This document shows positions 26,132-34,900 of a stretch of 64,000 nt of DNA, piece by piece. Within the stretch, counting starts at the first letter, position 1. Each line of letters begins with the position of its first letter. The translations under genes and the position numbers were made by a program. The notes beneath the pieces were generated by a model. The model searched no databases and was not told the DNA's origin. It worked only from the letters and a program-made list of their open reading frames with translations. The DNA lies in the NCBI GenBank assembly GCA_002269645.1, contig NIVC01001730.1, positions 180,924 through 244,923 on the forward strand, given 5' to 3'. Source of the stretch: Macrostomum lignano. Lineage: Eukaryota.

Positions 26132-26723
26132 TATACCTTTTCAAGCTCGACTTTGGCAAAAGTGACTTCAATTTTGGCAGCCCATAGAAAAAGCATACGC
26201 CTGCCAGCAACATATCTATGGTCAACTGTGGTAGAATCGGTTAAAGCGTGCATTCAACTTTGGCAAAAGTGAGCGAATTTTGGCAACTCAACCGAACAAG
26301 ATGCCGAACGCGCGTATATCGCTGCAGGATCGAGAACGGCTGGTGCGCAGCTACCAAGAAGGAAGAGACTGGAGACGACTGGCGAAGGACCTCGACATAA
26401 AGAGAACCACGGCCGACACAATCACAGGTTTGTCACTGAAGATCGCGTTGCGCTGAAGCAAGGCGAGGAGCCGTGAGGCCAAAACTTACACCACCAATGT
26501 TAAATGCTGTGACTCGGTTTGTTGAAGAGAAGCCCACCATAACGGTGAGGGAGATGAAGTTTATTGTGTTGCCAAAATTCGCTCACTTTTGCCAAAGTTG
26601 AATGCACGCTTTAACCGATTCTACCACAGTTGACCATAGACATGTTGCTGGCAGGCGTATGCTTTTTCTATGGGCTGCCAAAATTGAAGTCACTTTTGCC
26701 AAAGTCGAGCTTGAAAAGGTATA
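26132..26723 (+). mobile_element. Internally deleted Tc1/mariner-type DNA transposon with 156-bp TIRs and flanking TA
   Basis: 26132-26287 is the near-perfect reverse complement of 26568-26723. Each TIR carries CTTTGGCAAAAGTGA twice. The interior encodes the transposase N-terminal HTH (MPNARISLQDRERLVRSYQEGRDWRRLAKDLDIKRTTADTI; RPKLTPPMLNAVTRFVEEKPTITVREM) but no DDE domain. Confidence 0.88.
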
Positions 26724-26761
26724 TTAGCTGAATATCAGAAGTCAGTCCAATTATCACAAAG

Positions 26762-27943
26762 ATGGCAGCGGCAGACGCACAGGCTTGCACGCCTGGTTGC
26801 GCCAAGATGCAGAGCGCCGAGAGTTCCGCCACTCAGGCACCAATGCTAGAAAATAGAAGCAACGCCTCTGCTGTTGTCATGGACCATGCCAACTTAGCGG
26901 AGCTGGTGAAGCGGCTGCTCAGCTTCCAGGCGCCCAACGATGATTACTCGGTGCACCCAGAGCTGACCGCACAGGACTGCCTCATCGTGTGCCACATGGC
27001 GATCAAGTACCTGAGCAGCAGCACCAGCGTCTGTGTACAAACGGACTCGCCCATCAACATTGTCGGCGACCTTCACGGCCAGTTCCACGACCTGTTGCGC
27101 TTCTTTGACCAGCTGGGCCAGCCGCCTCAGGCCAAGTTCCTGTTTCTGGGCGACTACGTGAACAAGGGCAAGTTCTCTCTGGAGGTGATTGTTCTGCTGC
27201 TGAGCCTGATGCTGATGTACCCAGACTCGGTCGTGCTGCTCCGCGGCAGCTCCGAGTGCGCCAGCAAATGCAGTCACTACGGCTTCAAGGACGAGTTGAT
27301 TGGCCGCTTCGGTGCCAACAGCGGCACCTCGGTGCTTGTCGGCTTCCTCCGCTGCTTCCAGTGGCTACCGCTGGCCGCCATCGTAGGCGGGAAGCTGCTG
27401 TGCTGCCACGGCGGAGTGTCGCCGAGCTTCGAGCTAGAGCCGTTCGCGTCCGGTCAGCTGGAGAGCAACGCCGACTTGCTGAACAATAAGATCGAGCGGC
27501 CGTTCGAGCTGGAGCAGTTCGGCCTGGCGTGCGACCTGCTGTGCTCGGACCCGATGAAGTCGCCTGCTCGGGACAACTTCGAGGTCTCCGTGCCGGAGGG
27601 AGAGCGGCTGAAGCTCAACTGGGTGACGGGCGGAGGCAGCTGCTCCTATCACTTTTCTAAGGAGGCTCTGTGCTCCTCACTGAGATCTGTGAATGCGGCT
27701 CTGCTGGTCCGTGGACGTGAGATCGCTAACGAAGGCTTCGCTGTGCGGCACGACCGTCTCTGCATCACCCTGTGCAGTGCGCCAGGGTACCACGGCACGC
27801 GCGGTAACAAGGGAGCCGCGCTGCAATTCGAAGACAGAGAAGTTAATTTAGACAGACCCGGATCGTTTTTCGTTTTGACACCCAGATCTGAGCTGCTGTC
27901 GGAAAAGAGCAGAAGCTTTCTGTATTGGCATTCCACCGCCTAG
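26762..27943 (+). CDS. Intronless PP1-like phosphatase homolog, copy B, predicted pseudophosphatase, 393 aa
   Basis: Same motifs as copy A across the core; C-terminal RGREIANEGF (canonical RAHQVVEDGY) and SAPGYHG (SAPNYCG). Confidence 0.9.
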   Translation: MAAADAQACTPGCAKMQSAESSATQAPMLENRSNASAVVMDHANLAELVKRLLSFQAPNDDYSVHPELTAQDCLIVCHMAIKYLSSSTSVCVQTDSPINIVGDLHGQFHDLLRFFDQLGQPPQAKFLFLGDYVNKGKFSLEVIVLLLSLMLMYPDSVVLLRGSSECASKCSHYGFKDELIGRFGANSGTSVLVGFLRCFQWLPLAAIVGGKLLCCHGGVSPSFELEPFASGQLESNADLLNNKIERPFELEQFGLACDLLCSDPMKSPARDNFEVSVPEGERLKLNWVTGGGSCSYHFSKEALCSSLRSVNAALLVRGREIANEGFAVRHDRLCITLCSAPGYHGTRGNKGAALQFEDREVNLDRPGSFFVLTPRSELLSEKSRSFLYWHSTA

Positions 27944-28004
27944 GAGTTCAATACAGCGCTGTGGCTCGGCAACTATGATGCTTGTACTTGACGCTGGCCT
28001 TGGT

Positions 28005-28589
28005 CAGGGTTTTTTTTTTACCCCAATTAGTACCCCATGGGGTATTAGTCAACTGATTTGGGGTACTATTTTGCCCATTAATACCCCAGAATGGGGTACT
28101 ATTTTTTCGACTTTAATTCAAACAAGTTAAGCTTTTTTCTAAAATTTGCTGTTCAATTAAAATTCTGACTGGGCTGGTATGGGTCTTTGTACTAAGGTAT
28201 ATCCACTCGTGTGGTGAGTCAGACTGTCAGGCTAAAACTCTAAAAGTGAGAGAGGGTTGGAATTGGAAACTGATCTAATTGGAATTAGATTTAGATTAGA
28301 TTGCGATACTGCAACGCCATCTAATTTACTTGAAATTTCGAAATCTAGCTTGTTCAGCCTTCAACGAAAGACACAAGAATGCAGTCAAACATTAGCAGCT
28401 GTGTTTTAACTCTAAATATAGTCTTGATTAAGTTATTTGACTGCGCCAGAATCAATTTTTATAAGAATTCAAGTTAACTACAGAGGCAAAATTAGAAATT
28501 TCATGGGGTATTACTCCTCCAAAATGGGGTACTACTCAGAGGCTTGATACCCCAATTCGGGTACTAATCAATAGCGAAAAAAAACACTG
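28005..28589. mobile_element. Putative non-autonomous hAT-like element or MITE
   Basis: Imperfect inverted ends CAGGGTTTTTTTTTTACCCCAATTAGTACCCC and GGGTACTAATCAATAGCGAAAAAAAACACTG, with subterminal GGGGTACT/AGTACCCC motifs near both ends. No clean TSD. Confidence 0.45.
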
Positions 28590-31500
28590 CTTGGGATCAT
28601 GAATTAATTTCCTTGAAGATTTTCGATTTTGGTCGATTTTTAACCCTTTTACACGTGGGTTCTTTCGGGTTTGCTGCCAGGCAGATTGTCCCGAAATATT
28701 TGCACATTTTAGACGTGACGGATATTCGCCGGAGCCCCGAGCTGGAGCTACTGCCACGTGCAATGAATTTATGTATCATATGTACTGTTGTCCATTGTAC
28801 ATGTACATGTATACACTGTTACATGTAAGATCAGCATTCACGTGGACCCTCTCAAATCAGAAACGGAAAAGGTTAAGTTATTAAAGCTTCTTTAAATTAC
28901 GTAAATTGAGATTTTGTGCATGAAAACACCCAAAAATGAGTACGAGTATCTCTTCGACAAAGTTAGTGCGCAAATAAATTCCAGCTCAGTATATGACTTT
29001 TGAGTGATGCAACTTGCGCCACGCGACGCAGAGTTGGGCTGGGTGAGGAGGGATTGGGAAGAGCGGAGGGCGAAGATTGGATGGGATTGAAGCTTCCGCA
29101 CGGTGTACAAACCCGGTGTGTAGTCTGTAATTTAATGATCGATTCACAGTTTCTACACCCGGTAAGTAGTTCAACGCAGAGACAGCGCTTTAATCGCACC
29201 CGCCGGAAAAATCACAACAATTCCTGTCTGCGGTTGCTATTGCGCAGCAGGAAAGCGTCGTTCACTTTCGACTCGTGCTCGTCGATTCGGTGTCTTTCGA
29301 CATCGAAAACATTCGTGTAACATTATACATACACCGACGGCACACAGTCGAAGCGAGTCATCATACGAATGACGGACCCGTGCGACTTGACGCCCGAGAC
29401 AATCATTCGACAGTTAGTAGGATGCCGCAGAGTGTACAAGCCATGGCCGCGGTCAACTGTCTAATGGTGTGCAGATCCAATAGAGGGCCATTCCAGACTC
29501 ACTTGATGCACACCAGTTCAGAAGCTGACGATGCCTCTCATTGCCGCCCAGGGTGCTGGTCGTTGGTTTTATGCTATTTGCGACAACAAATTCGTGGCAT
29601 GAGTATCCGCGGAGTAAAGTATCTAGATGACACTCTGGCCGGTCTGCATCTTGAACAGGGGGTCGGCCCGGCCCACGGGCCACATACGGCCCTGAAGCCT
29701 CTCTATCCGGCCCTTGGGCCCTTTAAAGCCGCTCGCTCATGGTTTGTCTCTCCTCTCCTCTCTTTTCTCTCCTCTCCCGTCTCCTCTTATCTCATCTCTC
29801 ATCTCTCATCTCCTCTTTCCTCTTCTCTCTGATCTATTCCCCACTCCTTTCTCACCTGGCCCGCAGCAATGATCTAGACTCTTTATCTGGCTTATTATTC
29901 AAGTACAATTGCACATGTCCTGTGCTGTGCCTAAAAACCATTAAAATGACACGGCGGTTTTATGAATATATTTTGTCATTCTTACATGTTAGCTGACTGC
30001 GTAACAAATGTGTAACAGAGACGATAAGAGATTCATAAAACCAAATATTCGAGCTGTGCCATTCTGTTTTCATGATTTTTAGGTACAGGAAATATTCGTA
30101 GAATAGAAGATTGACAAAGAAAGTTTATAATTTTCTAAACAAAGCTCTATGAATATCAATAGAGCTATAAGAAAGTCACAACATATCAAAAGAGAAACAT
30201 TGGGTCTGCCTCCCATCGAAAGCAATAACAATGTTTGTGTTGAAAAAATGAAAACTTCCTATCTCCGTAGTCTATTTTTTCGGCGAAAACCAGCCTTCTT
30301 AACTTTTTCTAAGAGACGTATTTTGTCGTCGATTATTCTACTTTGAGTAGTCATGGATCAGAAGAAGCGCTGTATACGGCATAGTCTATGGGCAAAGTTT
30401 TCGTTGTTGCGGCCGTTTGACCTTTTTTGCAAGCCCATCGGGTAACTACTATCCGTATCCGATCTAACATGGAAAAGTACAAACTGCGAGTCAGCAACCT
30501 AGCCCGTTTGACCAATAAGCTGGGGTCCATGCTACACTAGTCTTTTGCACATGGGCCGTCGATAAAATCAACAGGAAGTTCAAAGAGTTCTATAATTTAG
30601 AATTTAGGATGCTAATTATGAGAAGAAATTCTTGAATACATGTAAATCTGTCTGTCTCGCCTGTCTGTTCGTTTCTAATTTATTCGAATTTCGCTATACC
30701 CCCTGGCCATAGACACAAAAAGGATTTATTTGGCAAGGCCGAATCGGATTCTCGGAAAGTGCACACATATTCTATACATCTATACTGCATTGACTGTTAT
30801 TTAAATTTAAATTTATTGTAAAATGAATTCAACAGCTGCTGTCGAATCAATGGATGAATTAATTGATAAGAATTACTCAATGAATACATGACTGAATAAA
30901 TTTTATGTAATAGTCTAACAGGGCAACGGTTGAATTTATTGTTATCTATAGATTACATGCATCGTCGTCAGTCGACAGTAAGGGGGCGGATACGCCGGCT
31001 GATTTTACTAAGCATTTAATGTATATATATGTACAGACATCCACGATCTGTGCATCATCTGCAGGTTTTATAAACTAACCGTGTACTTTATTCGTATTTT
31101 CACGTATTTTATTCGTATTATTCGTATTTTGTGATTAAAGTTGGGAGCACACAAAGGCCGAAGCAAACTGCAATGGGTTATTAATAAATGTGAGAAAAAA
31201 ATAGTTTAAAGTCCTCTTTCTTGCATGCAGGATTAATAAGTAGTAATAAGTTTGGCTCAGGCAAGAAGCCTGTTTGGCCAATATATTTTTGTGTATTTTA
31301 AGATTACTTCAGGAACAGAAGGCAATATTTTAGCATTAGTTATTTACTACGATTCCAAGTACGAGTTTTGCAATATGGTATTTGAAAGAACGCGTAAATT
31401 TTTTTGACGAAACTTTGGACGACTAACGAGGTGAAAGAAAAAGCAAGGAGTTAAAAAAGTATTGAGGAGTTATACTTTTATGTATGTAGTTGGCGATATT

Positions 31501-31960
31501 GCGCAAAACATTTTAGCCCATAGGTTATAAAAAAGTTATATAGATATTAATCAGGTGATAACAAAATTGTATAAAATATAATATTTGAAAGAGCGCCGAG
31601 ATACAATGAGGACATTTAAATTCTTCGGCTTAAAATACTTAAACAAAATAATAAACCAGTGGAAGAAAAAATTATTAGACAAAAAAAATCTAAGGAGGAA
31701 AAATATTAATAGTTTAGACAGAAATAGCTTTTGTCTTTTATTGTACCTCTTAATTTCTGTAAAGGGTTTACATATCCAAGTTTTAAGTTACTCTTTCTGC
31801 AATAATTTTTCTCTGTGTGCCAAAATAGCGTAATCGCACGGAGTCAAAGTGCGTCTATGTAGAACTATTTTGACATAGGAAGTAAATATAATTAGTAATA
31901 TACGTCCTGATGGTTGTGGGTTTATAATATTTTTACAATAGTTCTGTAATAGTTCTGTAA

Positions 31961-34900
31961 ATGAGTGACTTATATGCAGGAATTACATTGAGTCCAATAT
32001 TTTGGGTAAGTCGCGATTGAAATCGAACAAGCAAACCTTAATTAACCGCTAATTTTGTCCATTTTTACTTCAATCGATACTATTTCTCATAATTGACGCA
32101 TGTATAAATTTTCCTTTACATTTAAAGCAAATTTAATGATTTCTCTACTTTACAAGCATAATTTGTAGTTTTATCTTATGTAATCGTTTTTAGTCATTAA
32201 AAAACATTGTCAGATTAATGGTCATTAGTAAAGTTAGTAAAATTAGTAAAACGAGTAAAATATGATAAAAAAGAAACGATTTTTTATAGCAATATCTTGC
32301 AGTTTTGAAAATTTCATTATAAAATACTCATCAGTTCACTATTCATATTAAATATTTTACAGGCATCTTTAATTGGTGGTCTACTAGCGTTTCTACTTTT
32401 GTGTCTGATTATCTGTTTGGTATGCCAAAAGTGCATATTAAATCGGTAAGAACCTTGGGCCATATCCATGTTCTTGATATCCATTTACTCAGTATTTCAA
32501 ATCATAGGACTTTGGTACTTTTCATTGTCTTAAGCTATCACTATGTCATAGAAGCTTACTGATGTGATTCAGTAAGCTCAATACAATTGCCTTTCTTGTC
32601 TGCTCCAATAATCTACCCACCCTCCCCTGTCTACCCACCATCCCCACCCTCCCCTGTCTGCAGTGTCTACCCAACCTCCCGTGTCTACCCACCCTCCCCA
32701 CCCTCCCGTGTCTACCTACCCTCCTCTGTCTCCAGTGTCTACCCATCCTCCCCAACCTCCCGTGTCTACCGACCCTCCCCTGTCTGCAGTGTCTACCCAC
32801 CCTCCCCACCCTCCCGTGTCTACCGACCCTCCCCTGTCTGCAGTGTCTACCCACCCTCCCCACCCTCCCGTGTCTACCCACCCTCCCCACCCTCCCGTGT
32901 CTACCCACCCTCCCCACCCTCCCGTGTCTACCCACCCTCCCCACCCTCCCGTGTCTACCCACCCTCCCCTGTCCGCAGTGTCTACCCACCCTCCCCACCC
33001 TCCCGTGTCTACCCACCCTCCCCACCCTCCCGTGTCTACCCACCCTCCCCACCCTCCCGTGTCTACCCACCCTCCCCACCCTCCCGTGTCTACCCACCCT
33101 CCCCACCCTCCCGTGTCTACCCACCCTCCCCACCCTCCCGTGTCTACCCACCCTCCCCACCCTCCCGTGTCTACCCACCCTCCCCACCCTCCCGTGTCTA
33201 CCCACCCTCCCCTGTCTACAGTGTCTACCCATCCTATCCACCCTCCCGTGTCTACCCACCCTCCCCTGTCTACAGTGTCTACCCATCCTATCCACCCTCC
33301 CGTGTCTACCCACCCTACCCACCCTCCCCTGTCTACCCAACCTCCCCTGTCTACCCACCCTCTCCTGCTTACCCACCCTACCCGTCTACCCACCCCCTGT
33401 CTTCCCATGTCTCTCTTATCTACCCAGCTTCCCCACTTTCTAGCTTCCTGTTCATCGCCCCCAAATCAATCAATTTTCAATTTCCCCCCACCCGCCAGCC
33501 GGAGCGGCTACTCGCAGCTGGAGAACGGGTCCAGCAGCCTGGACACGTCCGGCACCCTGGAGATCATGAACGCCAGCATCAAGGAGGAGAGCGAACAGAT
33601 CAGGCATTCGGCATTTCTAATGCTGCAATTTCACTTGAGAAATGGCCGCCAATGGATAGTGAAGGACCACCTTAGCCAGCTGGGCACCAGAAGATCCTGG
33701 AACTGGTTCAGCGTCACTTCAGCTGGCGGTGATCGTTTCTGCCTGCTGCTGCTCAGCCCCTACGTGTCCGACCCGGGGCTCTGCCCGCTGCCTCTCAAAC
33801 AGAAGAGCTTCGCCTGCGTCAGGCAGTGGCTGGAAGGACTGCGGGTGACTGCATGGGCGGCACCCTCATTTGGGAGTGACACCCTCCCTGAGGAATTGAG
33901 TGACTGCACCCTCCCTGAGGAATTGAGTGACTGCACCCTCCCTGAGGAATTGAGTGACTGCACCCTCCCTGAGGAATTGAGTGACTGCACCCTCCCTGAG
34001 GAATTGAGTGACTGCACCCTCCCTGAGGAATTGAGTGACTGCACCCTCCCTGAGGAATTGAGTGACTGCACCCTCCCTGAGGAATTGAGTGACTGCACCC
34101 TCCCTGAGGAATTGAGTGACTGCACCCTCCCTGAGGAATTGAGTGACTGCACCCTCCCTGAGGAATTGAGTGACTCCCTCCCTGAGGAATTGAGTGACAC
34201 CCTCTCTGAGGAATTGAGTGACACCCTCCCTGAGGAATTGAGTGACTCCCTCCCTGAGGAATTGAGTGACTCCCTCTCTGAGGAATTGAGTGACACCCTC
34301 CCTGAGGAATTGAGTGACTGCACCCTCCCTGAGGAATTGAGTGACTGCACCCTCCCTGAGGAATTGAGTGACTGCACCCTCCCTGAGGAATTGAGTGACT
34401 GCACCCTCCCTGAGGAATTGAGTGACACCCTCCCTGAGGAATTGAGTGACACCCTCCCTGAGGAATTGAGTGACACCCTCACTCTTCTGCTCACCAAAAT
34501 CTATTATTCGGTTTCCTTGCAGCACGAATGCCTGCTGCTTGGCCAGCTTGACCTGATTGAGAAGCACTCCCGATTCCTGCACATTGTGCCCTTCTGTCCG
34601 AAAGGCAGCGTGCGAGATTTCATCTGCCAGGTATGGAGTAACCTGCTCTCCGCAGACACCAGACACCCCGCCCTTCCTCCGCAGACAAACCCGCTGTACC
34701 CGCACCAGACACCCCGCCCTTCCTCCGCAGACAAACCCGCTGTACCCGCACCAGACACCCCGCCCTTCCTCCGCAGACAAACCCGCTGTACCCGCACCAG
34801 ACACCCCGCTTTCCCTCCGCAGACAAACCCGCTGTACCCGCACCAGACCCTTGCCCTTCCTCCGCAGACAAACCCGCTGTACCCGCACCAGACACCCCGC

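Noticed and set aside
29275-29832. 185-aa ORF or possible transposase relic
   Set aside because: No recognisable motif in any frame, and it runs into low-complexity CT sequence.
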